Of a DNA stretch of 64,000 bases, positions 27,429 to 38,650 are shown in pieces. Each line of letters begins with the position of its first letter. The first letter of the stretch is position 1. Made by a program: the position numbers and the translations under genes. Below the pieces are notes generated by a model that did not search any database, was not told the origin of the DNA, and saw only the letters and a program-made list of their open reading frames with translations. Source of the DNA: Eledone cirrhosa. Lineage: Eukaryota. Where the stretch lies: contig OZ024743.1 of assembly GCA_964016885.1 (NCBI GenBank), forward strand, positions 96,348,001-96,412,000. Reading direction: 5' to 3'.

Positions 27429-28175
27429 TCTACAGGACTAGAACTGTTTCATTTTTTTGAAATCATAAGGATGATTTGCAACAAGTGAAACAGTTCTAGT
27501 TCTATACAACTATTTTGATCAGAAATACATTATCTACCTCCCCTACTTAATGTATGGTGTAGCCTATTGAAATGGAGCCTCTTTCTCTTCCTCTCTGGAA
27601 TACCATATATGTGTGTTGACATATCAGTAGATATATCTATGCTTATATAAATATATATATACAGGTGCATATGTACTTATATATATATATATATAACAAA
27701 GGAATTGTGGTAAGGAACCAGATGGACCATAATGCACCAGTGTCCAGAAATAGCTGTCGAAACGGCTTGAGCTCTGCCGTCGGGGTCATACTTTTTCCTA
27801 TATATAGAGTTTTAATATAGATGAGATTCTACAGGACTAGAACTGTTTCATTACTTAGAAATCATCAGGAATCTGGCTTTCCAAAATAAATGTTGTGGTA
27901 TTTATATCTTTTCAGGTGGTAAGAGAGGGTAGTCCTGTAGAATCTCATCTATATAAAAACTTTTATACTCTATGTATTGAGTACCTTACTTACTGTGGTT
28001 ACCTCCGACTCAACCCGGAATAACTTACCTTATATATATATATATATATACACATGTACTCAATACACAAGCTGAAACCTCAATTAAATAAGGTACTCAA
28101 TACATTAGTAGAGAAGGGACAAAGCTTTCTAGATGATTTCAAAACAAATGAAACAGTTCTAGTCCTGTAGAAGTC
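27429..28175. mobile_element. Further copies of the same hammerhead-bearing repeat (27429-27505, 27824-27874 on -, 27931-28024, 28123-28173 on +)
   Basis: Repeated gaaacagttctagtcctgtagaa in both orientations between (TA)n tracts. Confidence 0.7.
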
Positions 28176-28207
28176 ATTTCTATGTGAAATAAATCATATA
28201 TATATAT

Positions 28208-28780
28208 AGGACGATCAAAATTGATGGTAGTTACGGAGTAGGCAGACCCAGAAAAACCTGGGAAGATTTGATAAATTCCGACCTCACACACTTGCACCTT
28301 TCTAAGACAATGTCACTGGACCGAGATCTTTGGCGCTATGCAGTAATACAGAAGACCCGCCTTGCCTATGTACAAAACGAAACCTACAGTTAGTAGGCAC
28401 CTCTTAACCAAATATACAACCCAAACCATTACCCCTACCCCATCCTCCCACCCCCACTAACACCACCCTCTCTCTGTAAAGTTGGTACCACAACATCCAG
28501 TCCAAATAAATGAGATAATGAGATTGAGATCATGTAGGTGTCACAACAAAAAAACACACAGTCCACGCTATAATGTGGCCGTGTAGGTAACACGGTAAAA
28601 AGTTCCAAGTTCCACACTGTAAATGTGGTTGGTGTTAGGAAGGGCATCCAGCCGTAGAAAACCTGCCAGATAGTCCTATATGAGCAAGACACGGTCACCC
28701 GACCAACCTTGCATCAAGTGGGATAACTCCCGTCTAAACCCATGCTAGCGTGGAAGATGGACGTTAAACGAAGATGATGA
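28208..28780 (+). mobile_element. RTE 3' fragment followed by a SINE 3' part with (GAT)n tail
   Basis: GVGRPRKTWEDLINSDL; ggaagggcatccagccgtagaaa...ggacgttaaacgaagatgatgatg. Confidence 0.65.
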
Positions 28781-28810
28781 TGTGTGTATGTGTGTGTGTA
28801 CACATGGATA

Positions 28811-28865
<55 letters not shown>

Positions 28866-29087
28866 AGGGAGTGTAACTTGGAGTTACTGTAGGTTCACCC
28901 GGGTGAGCTCTCGATGTTTAGGTTCACTTCCGTGTCGAGGTGTAGAGCTAGACGGATTAAACCTTGAGCTGATCAGTGGCGAAACGAACCAATAAACGTA
29001 ATGAAAGAGTAACCAATCGTCCATGTTATTTTATTTCACTATATATATATATATATATATATATAGGTAATTCTCTCTCTCTTTTTT

Positions 29088-29120
<33 letters not shown>

Positions 29121-29339
29121 TTTATATCTTAAATTCTTCTTCTTTGCCCACTTATTTCTGGGAGAGCAATGGATGCAGAGACTTCAAGCATGCCTTCCAG
29201 CAGACCCTGACAGAAGCAACCATGGATGTCATCTACCCCTCTTGCTCACATCTACCCCTGGCTCTCTTGCCAGTAAAATCTATCCATGATTCTTTCCTGA
29301 TATATTTTAACCACATGTTTGTAATATCAGAACTGTGAT

Positions 29340-30260
29340 CTCTCAAACTCTGAGAAATAGACTCAACCTAGACTCAACCTAGAGTGACTCTCTGATTTCC
29401 AACCTATCACTCTATCAAGTAACATTATTCCAAAGACACTTCAGTAACTCAATTTTGGCAGATTTTATTCCTGATCATGTTCTTTTGGTCATTACCCAAG
29501 ATTCATGGGTTCTACCTCTGGGTCTCCTGTCGGTTTTGCCCATAAAATCTCTCCTGTGATTCTTTCCTGAGACATTCTAACCACATGCCCATAGTATCGG
29601 AGCTGTGATCTCTCAATTTTGGGAAGTAGCTGCTCAACCTGGAGTGACTCTCTGATCTCCAAGCTACACACTCTATTAAATAATGTTACTCCTAAGACCC
29701 TTCAGAGGAACCCCATTTTGGCCACTTGTATTTGCGGTCATATTCATTCAGTCATTCCCCACGATTCATGACCATAGGTAAAGGTTGGCACGAATACCAA
29801 ATTGAAGATAACAGGTTTGGCCTTTACAACTACCTTGCTTCTTCTGATGACTGAATTCTGAAGGTGGTGCATTACTGCACCAGCCCCTGCAATTCTTGCA
29901 CTTAATTCAGCTTCTTGTCTTCGATAACTCATGAGCACATCCCCGAGATACTTGAATTTCTCCACCTGCTTCTCACATGCAGAATGTACTGTGCAGGTTT
30001 CCTTGAGAGGACAACTATCTTAGTCTTTGCAGCACTGATTTTCATTCCTGCTGTGCAGCACTCGGCAGCAAACCTATCAAGTACATGCCAGAGGTCACCT
30101 TCTAGTATTTGTATTCAGATAAATAGTGCTCAGTCGAAACCATTCAATATGACTGTCAGACTCCAGCAAGGGTGCGTACTGTCACCTCTCCTGTTCATAA
30201 GGTACATGGACAAGATTGACATGTGCAGCTGGATTGGAAATAGGAGGACTCTTCAGTTGT
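29340..30260 (-). mobile_element. Degenerate, rearranged RTE-group LINE fragment
   Basis: EKFKYLG...PTFTYGHESW on -, and LQQGCVLSPLLFI on +. Confidence 0.8.
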
Positions 30261-30740
30261 GTTGAAGATATAACTGCCTCCCCAGTTCTGGTACACTCTG
30301 TAGAGTGAAGGAATGTGTTTGTTACACAGTCCCCAGTTCATCTGAGGAATCAGTAGCTCCAGTTATGTGCTGACTGTAGAGTGTGAGAATATATGAGAGC
30401 AAGATGCAGGCGGTCTAATCTGTCTGAGAGGGTACTCCAATAAAATGCACCATATGCATTCAGTAAAGTTTGGGAACATATGAAAGAAAGATGCAGGCTT
30501 CTGGCCCATCTGAGAAGTCAGTAGTTCTGTTTAAATAATGAATTGGTCGTTAACGACTTGTCTGACCCTTGTTATCAGGGAAAACAAATGTTAAATGATG
30601 ATATATATGCATGTGGATAGGGTTCATGAATCACAATAAGGTAGTATATAACCCATTGTCTCATCTTATTTCAAGTTAATAAAATTATTATAGTCAAGTT
30701 TATGTATGTATGTATGTATATATGTATGTATGTATGCATG

Positions 30741-31744
30741 TTCTTCTGGTTTTATAATTTCACAAAGTTTTACCAATAGGGAGAGAGTCGGTTTCTAACA
30801 TAGACACAAGACTCTCATTGGAATTTACACAACATCAACTAGGTAGATTGTGTATGCATGTGTAGATATGGATGTTATTGTATGTGTGGATGTGTGTTTT
30901 GAGTTGTATGTGTGCATGTGTATATGCTTTGTATCTGCAGTTATTAGATGCAACATTTTTGGAATGTTTTACATATTTTTACTGTTCCATTAATGGATTG
31001 TACTTGTAATTTCCTAACTAGTTGTGTTCTTTCTGTTCCTGTGAAGCCTAGCTTCTCAAGATTTGTATTGAGGCAGTTACTAACATATCCCAGTGCCCCA
31101 ATAATCACAGGCATAAATCTGAAGGTGTAATCAGGGTGGAGTATCTGCAGATTTCTCATCAGTTCTGCATAAATATTCTCCTTTTCACTAATCTTTCATA
31201 TTATATTGGCATCTGCTGGGCAGCTAATTTCCACTACCGTGCATGCTTTCTTCTTCCTGTCCCATATCATAATATCTGGTCTGTTATGCCTACATTTTAT
31301 TGGGGTTTTTACTGGAACATTCCACCAGTACTCTTTCATATTATGGACATGGATGCCTTCCACATTGTTGTAACTTTTAATGTGTTTATTATCGGGGCTA
31401 TCTTTTTTACGGACTGCATTGTACAGTGCTTTGGCCACTACATCATGCCTCATAGGTAGATAGTACCGTGATGACATCTTTGGGCAGCTGCTGATGACAT
31501 GGGTGATATCCTCGATGTTAGTTCTGCAGAGTCTGCACTTGTTATCACATCTAGGTGTTTTGCCTGCATCCCTATCTCTTTTGTGAATCAGGTATTTTGT
31601 GTTAATCTCCTGTTCTTGGATTGCAAAAGCGTATCTTTCAAAGTGGGAGCCAATATAGCGGTTGTTGGTCCAAGATAGACTACTTTCCTTATCTATATTA
31701 CTTTCACTCTGGAGCTTCCTGGCAACATATCCATGCATGATTTT
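30741..31744 (-). mobile_element. R4/Dong-like LINE 3' fragment (CCHC knuckle plus restriction-like endonuclease)
   Basis: [39 protein letters not shown]; flanked by (TATG)n. Confidence 0.85.
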
Positions 31745-32439
31745 ATGTATGTATGTATGTATGTATGTATGTAGTGGCTAACAGTAACAGCATGAATCAA
31801 CCATTATACATAAAAACACATGCAACAGTTGAGATAACTTCCATAGTATGAAGGTGCATTATTATCATTAATCGATGAACTGATGGACTGTAAAACTGTA
31901 AACATAGTGTGATTAATGATTAGTTTAATCCTTCAAGAAAGCTATTAGATATTGCATCTTTATATTGAGTGTTTGGATGGACATCCAACTGTAAAATATT
32001 GCTTTAATAAGGACCATATAATGAGTATATTTGTCATGAGTCTTGTAAAGGAAAATGGCCTTAGAACATTTGTTATGCTGTATATTGTGAATAATATATA
32101 TAAAATGCCCCCAGTAGGCTCTGTAAATTGGTTGATGTTAGGAAAGGCATCCAGCCATAGAAACCATGCTCAGAGCATAGGATTTGTTAGCTTCTCTAGT
32201 ATGGATGCTATTATAAATTACACCCTGTGTACTCTGTAAACCAGTTGATACCAGGAAGGGCACCTAGCCATAGAAATCATTCCAAGTAGAGGAGGAAGAA
32301 GAGTCTTCAGTTGTATCAAGAACAGCTGAGAAGGAGCAATTCCCATCATTGCTTCTTGGTTTCTTGTTATGAATGATCACAGTTGTCTGCCCATTGTAGT
32401 TATTTTGATATGTACATGAAACAAGATTGAATTACTCCT

Positions 32440-33180
32440 ATATATTCTCAGATCACACCCTGATTGTGGTCTTGGGATTTCAATTTCTCCTCATCCTATG
32501 TAACTTGACTTCAGTATGTCAGTGTTTGTGAGCTGAACGTAGGGAGCATGAACTTTTCCAGAATTAAATTGCATGTTGCTTTCTTCAGCCTACTTGTTTT
32601 TCTTATTTAGGTCTTGCTGTAAGTATATGGCATCATAAAGGTTCTTGGTTGCCTATGCTATTTTTTAATCTTCAGCATAGCTAGTGAAACTGGCTGTCTA
32701 TACAACTGATGGCATGTCTGAAAGATCTACTACAGACACAATGTCACCCAGACAGTCCCCTGAGGGACACCCCTTACTATTTCAGCTCTCATTGCAACTT
32801 CTTGATTTTTTTCTATTATGAAGTCATGCAACCATTCCTCTAGTTTTCCAACTAAGCTGAGGTCGTGAAGGGTCTTTGCAAATTCGAGATACATCACATC
32901 CACATTTGAGTGATTAAACAATTGTATTAATATCCAGTCATAATGCTAAGGAGGCTGTGTATGGAAGTTTCTTCCCAGATGAATACCATACTGGATGTTG
33001 GTTTGCAGTTCATTTTTTTCTAGGAACATGATTAGTTTCTCTCTGATTATTTATCCCATAACTTTGGTGAGGTCAGAGGGCAAGCCTGTAATTTTTAGGA
33101 TCTATTCTACTTCCTCGTTTAAGGATACAACATATACCTTTCATTAATTTTTATGGGAATTTATCATGTGAAAGGATCAC
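32440..33180 (-). mobile_element. Highly degenerate CR1-group LINE RT remnant
   Basis: VDVMYLEFAK (cf. DVIYLDFAKAFD) and GVPQGTV. Confidence 0.6.
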
Positions 33181-33259
33181 AGGCTATATAATTAAAGAAG
33201 TCAATTACAGTGGCTCTATCTGTTGTTGGATGGTGTTCCAGTTGATTGTGTGTGTGAGA

Positions 33260-33497
33260 CAGCTCACACCTATGCAGGTTTAGCTGGCCTCCTCCAAGGT
33301 ATATCTCGTTGGAGGTGTCTTGGGTGATTTAATGATAGGGACTCCAGTCCTATCATCACATTTCTACAGCTGAGTAAACTGGAGCAACATGAAATAAAGT
33401 GTCTTGCTCAAGGAAACAACACATCACCCGGTCCGAGTATTGAGTTCACAACCTTTCGATTGCAAGCCCAATGCTCTAACCACTAAGCCATGCGCCT
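33260..33497 (-). mobile_element. CORE-type SINE variant with a different tail ending in (CA)n (second copy at 39618-39870 on +)
   Basis: Same tRNA head and CORE block, then acccaagacacctccaacgagatataccttggagg. Confidence 0.75.
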
Positions 33498-34479
33498 TTA
33501 CAGTTGATTGAGTTTCCAAAAAGAAAACCTTATTTTTCTGAAAGGAGGAAATGATGTAAAGATTTCACTTTTAGAATTGGTGTATTCATTGCTTGATTCC
33601 AGTCTTTTCAGTGGTGCAAAGCTTACATCTCTTAAATCCATTGACTATAGATTTTTTTGAGAATCCTTCATATCATACTATTTTTCTGTCCTTAAGGCCC
33701 ATATGTGGTTTGCTGAATTAGGGGAGGTTCTCATATCTGAACACCTGAAAGATGAGACATGCGAGTTGTACTTCTCTTTAAATTTTGATTCAACCACTTC
33801 AACATATGGTTTGATGTTCACTTTATTTTAGGTGTGTACAAGGTAACTGTCTGGTCAAATGAGTAACTTTCCTTCTTACATGAACATCCTTGGTTTTCTT
33901 GAGGTTTGAGTTGAGCTGGAATAAAGAACATCATGGAGAATCACTATATTGTTGTTGTGGGGGAATGCTTATTACCTAAGTCCAGATAACTTTTACCTGT
34001 GTCAGTCATAACAATTAATGAGAAAGGCAGCATGAACCAGTTGACTTTTATGGAATTGTTCTTGAATCTTTAGGTTGACAGAGGATAATAAATCTTATCA
34101 TTTAAGTAACAAACTTGGATTCCTCTTTTGAAGCAAGGGGCTGCCTTAGAGGAAGATAGATCAGAAATTAATTGTTTCTACTTTAGGCACAAGGCCAGCA
34201 ATTACCCAGTGCATTACTGGTACTTTATTTTATCGACCCCGTAAGGATGAAAGGCAAAGTCAACCTCGGCGGGATTTGAACTCAGATCGTAAAGGGACGT
34301 AACTATGCTGGAAAGCATGGCGTCCGACCCTCTAATGAGGGCTGATATTGGAGATCAGGTTCTTAAAGAGGAAGAGAGTGACTGGATTCTTTATTTATCA
34401 ATGTTTCTCATTATGGAAAGGTGTGTATGTACCTGTTACCTGTTGTAGATTATTATATCTAATACATACTTTCCATAAC

Positions 34480-35730
34480 TAAAAGCTTAACATATCTGTA
34501 GATAACCAAATTGGATTTTCTAAGTTCAGGAATGATCTAATAAAGCTCTTCAATGACTTTGGTCTAAACATTACCGTTACGACTGACTTAACCAAAATCG
34601 ACTTCCTGGGCAGCACACTAGACCACTAAATGGATAGATACTACCCCTACAGGAAGCCTAATGAGGAAACCATTTACATCCTTAGGTAGTCTAAGACCGG
34701 CCACCTAGCTATGGTTAGAAATTGGATCTAGCTAAAGAAACTCCAGTTTATTGTTTGATAGAAATAGCTTATATTACATTGTTTACATTACAGTGAGACA
34801 CTAGTGAGGAGTGGATTTAGCAAAAGGTTTGTATAGTTGGAGGATCACCCACCCCCCAAAAGAGTTAGAAGAGTAACATAATTTGGTTTAACCCCTATTC
34901 AATCTTGATATTTCCATAAATATAATTAGAAAGTTTTTGTTCCCAATTAGACAAAACTTTTCAAACTACCACAAGTACCAGAAATTCTTCAACTCCCACA
35001 ACATTAACAATTTTGATACCAACACGGCCAAAACTGGCTCTGATTCTATGAAAGAAAACCACCCATTTTAAAATTTAGATTGAAATCTTTCAACATTATT
35101 TTATATAAGAACTATATGTTCAGTTACTATTTTTGTAATGAAATAATTAATAATTTTGCTAAATTCCTCAAACTTCTTCATTAATTAAGTGAAATAAAGT
35201 TCATTTCTTTAAAAATACACACACACCATAGACTTACAGTTAGCTGCTCCTGTCAGGATAGTATCTCTTCCAGCATTCCATGCTACAACAGAAAAAAATG
35301 CACTTACACAGATTCCCATTATAAACATTAACTTGCGACTGATGAAACCATTCCAATTGTCCTCTAGAGGGTGTACATACTGTCTCTCTCACAGTCTGGG
35401 GTTACACCAATAGATAGTATCTTGAGGAATTACACAGGCCTAACATCCAATGAGTTTAAGGACAGATTCACTCAGCATATACACTTCTTTGAGGGAAAGA
35501 ATAGGGAAAATTCCACAATCCTGTCCCATTTCATTTGGACGTTCTAAAACCACGGAAACAACATCTTCAAAATCCCATGAGGTATCCTTCATAGGCATAT
35601 TGTTATTTTCTCAGGGCTCATAATTGCGAATTTTACTTCCATTAGAGGCTGCACATATTGACAAGAAGACTGTAGTATCATTTTGTAGCCACTGGAGATG
35701 TGACTTGTTTCAAACTGCTGGCCTCTGATA
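34480..35730 (+). mobile_element. Degenerate Naiad-like PLE (RT thumb to GIY-YIG), interrupted by a MITE-like piece at ~35010-35210
   Basis: IDFLG..YYPYRKPNEETIYI, NIIWFNP, HKYQKFFNSHNI, NCPLEG, YTGLTSNEFKDRF, STILSHFIW. Confidence 0.75.
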
Positions 35731-36210
35731 CCCAACAAAGACCACCCAAGCTCTACCTGGACCATGTATTTATGCAGGGTGGATAACTCTCCCCTTTGTA
35801 CCTACATATACACATAAACCTACTTAACTCCCACAGTCATAGCAGGTATGTAAACTGCTATTATAAAGCAACTACCTGCTCTCTGATGTTGGAAATTAGT
35901 CACTCTACCAGCTTACCAGAAATGCTGGCACTGTCAGGCCACCTAACTTTTTATGAAACCAGAACCTGAGAAACATTAAGCATGCTGACTATTCAACATC
36001 ACCCTGTGACGAAATCAACCAATAGAGATTTATTTTGCTACCACATCTCCATCTCTCAATGCTCATTCAGAACTCACCTAAAAAATTAGGTGTGTGTCTT
36101 GCTTATATATGGTACCATACAACTGAGGGACCTCCCAACTCTTTGTTTGGCAAGGTTTCTATGACTGGTTGCCCTTCCTATCACCTAAATATATATATAT
36201 ATATATATAT

Positions 36211-37740
36211 ATATTTATTAAAATAACAGATTAAAGTTTAAGCAAAGAATCGCTGCTTTCACCCTTAACGGATCTTCTGAAACTAACAAAGTCAATCTGT
36301 AAACGCAGAAGTGGATATTTCAAAAAACGTTGCAACCGGAGGAAGACAGGAAGACGATACTTTGGTTCGTGGAAACGTTCCCTGGCAAAGAACGGGGAAA
36401 AACGAATATAATACGTCAGTAATAGGAGCGGTGAAAAACAATTACGCGCAAAGACAGAACCACGTTTATGGTATAAAAGAGGTCGTAGACTAATGTTCTC
36501 TTAGGTGGTTCATAGAGATGTTCTCTGGCAATGAACGGAAAAAACGAAGATAATACGTCATATGTGGAGCGTGGAGAAGAATTGCAAGCAAAGACAAAAC
36601 CACGTAAATGGTATAGCTGAAGTCATAGACTAAATTCTAACTAGGAAACCGAATGAATCTCCGCTTCAGAGTTAAGAAAAGTAAATAAATACAATACAGA
36701 GGTAATGGAAATTAAATAAATGCACACACGCATGCAAATACGTACATACACAAGCATACGCAAAACACTTGCCATAGGTATACAAAACCACGCACAAATA
36801 AATATGTATGTGTGTGTGTGCGTGTATACAAATAAATAAATAATTAAATAAACGTATATAAATAAATAAATACGTATATAACAAGCGCACACGCATACCT
36901 ACATGTAAATACACAAATGTTCGGAGACGTAAGTCAACCAAAACATGAAGTACACATATATACACACCCTACATACGTACGAACCTGCAGACTCACGCAG
37001 ACGCAAAACTCCCGTATACACATAACCAAACCATATGTACCAGAATATATAGAAAATTTATACGCTATAACATAATCAATCAAATATACGTATGAGAAAG
37101 TATACGTACCTTCACAAAACATACAGGTAATATATACTTATCTATGCAAATAAGTAATGGTATAAACAAAACATATACTTAGCTACCACATCAAGACGTA
37201 AACTATCCGCGTATAGTTCGTACTATCCGTTAGGGTATAATGTGGGGCTGTAATACAGGAAAGTTTTGTACAATTTATGTTTACAAGCCGAAATTGCCTC
37301 AGATTTTTGTTTAAGATGTGGTCTGTGGCGTAGAGTATTTCCAGGGCCTCAGCGGCGCAGAGGTCACATAGTCTTTTATTTCCGTTATACGATCTAGCCC
37401 TAGCTAGGATCTCCCAGTGTAACTTAAATTGGGTGTGGTTGTCTTTTAGACTCCAGATATAAGCTGAAAGTGACGTCATATTCCTTCTTAGAGGGTAACG
37501 AAAAGAATGGGTATGCATGTAAAGACGCTGCTTGAATCTATTGGCGGATAACCCTATGTAGGCCCTACGGGACGTGGGTGTTTCAACCTTACATTTGTAG
37601 ACAATGTTACTAGAGAGGCATTTCCCGGCTAGAGGGCAATCAACCCGATTCCTACAATTACAGTTAGTACTAACTACAGAGTTGCACGTGTTCCTACGGC
37701 TATTGCTTAAACTTTAATCTGTTATTTTAATAAATATTTG
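36211..37740 (-). mobile_element. Naiad-like PLE 3' fragment with hammerhead-like end and inverted terminal copy
   Basis: CNCRNRVDCPLAGKCLSSNIVYKC..AYIGLSANRFKQRLYMH..CDLC..CKH; 37705-37738 is the inverted copy of 36211-36245. Confidence 0.85.
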
Positions 37741-37806
37741 CTCTACGGGTCTTATATATTTATCCTTATCGAGCCCTCTTTGGATTTTAGTCTTCAAATT
37801 TATTAT

Positions 37807-37847
<41 letters not shown>

Positions 37848-37902
37848 GAGTGTGTATGTATATATCATCATTATCATTGTTTTTACATCCGTCTTTCCTT
37901 AT

Positions 37903-38250
37903 GGAGGCACATGGCTTAGTGGTTAGAGCATTGGCCTTGCAATCGAAAGGTTGTGAGTTCAATTCTCAGACCGGGTGATGTGTTGTTTCCTTGAGCAAGA
38001 CACTTTATTTCAGATTGCTCCAGTTTACTCAGCTGTAGAAATGAGATGATAGGGACTGGGGTCCATATCATTCCACTGCAAAGTGGTCGTGCAGGTGCCA
38101 CGGCAAAAAAGCACCCAGCACTCACTGTAAATGAGGTTGGTGTTAGGAAGAGCATCCAGCTGTAGAAATCAAGCCAGAATCAGTTCCCGTCCCACCCTTG
38201 CAAGCAGGGAAAATGCGGACGTAAAATGAAATGATGATGATGATGATGAT
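37903..38250 (+). mobile_element. Full-length tRNA-derived CORE-type SINE
   Basis: A box tggcttagtgg, B box gagttcaattc, CORE-like block, RTE-like tail and (GAT)n. Confidence 0.85.
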
Positions 38251-38251
38251 A

Positions 38252-38650
38252 TCATCATCATAATCATCATTTCATTTTATGTCTACTTTTTGCCTGCTTG
38301 CAAGGGTGGGACGGGAACTGATTCTGTCTTGATTTCTACAGCTGGATGCCCTTCCTAACACCAACCTCATTTATAGTGAGTGGTGGGTGCTTTTTTGCCA
38401 TGGCGCCTACACGTCCACTTTACAGTGAGTGCTGGGTGCTTTTTTTTTTTTTTTGCCGTGGCACCTCCACAACCACTTTGCAGTGGAATGATAGGGACCC
38501 CAGTCCTATCATCTCATTTCTAGAGCTGAGTAAACTGGAGCAATGTGAAATAAAGTGTCTTGCTCAAGGAAACAACACCCAGTCTGAGAATTGAACTCAC
38601 AACCTTTCGATTGCAAGGCCAATGCTCTAACCACTAAGCCATGTGCCTCC
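38252..38650 (-). mobile_element. Full-length copy of the same SINE, tail-to-tail with the previous copy
   Basis: Reverse complement of 37903-38250 with a small internal duplication. Confidence 0.85.

Noticed and set aside
28969-29003. ctgatca gtggc gaaacg..cgta as a hammerhead
   Set aside because: G8 is absent and no stem I pairing is visible
37903-37975. tRNA gene
   Set aside because: It continues into CORE and RTE-tail sequence and is multi-copy, so it is a SINE head
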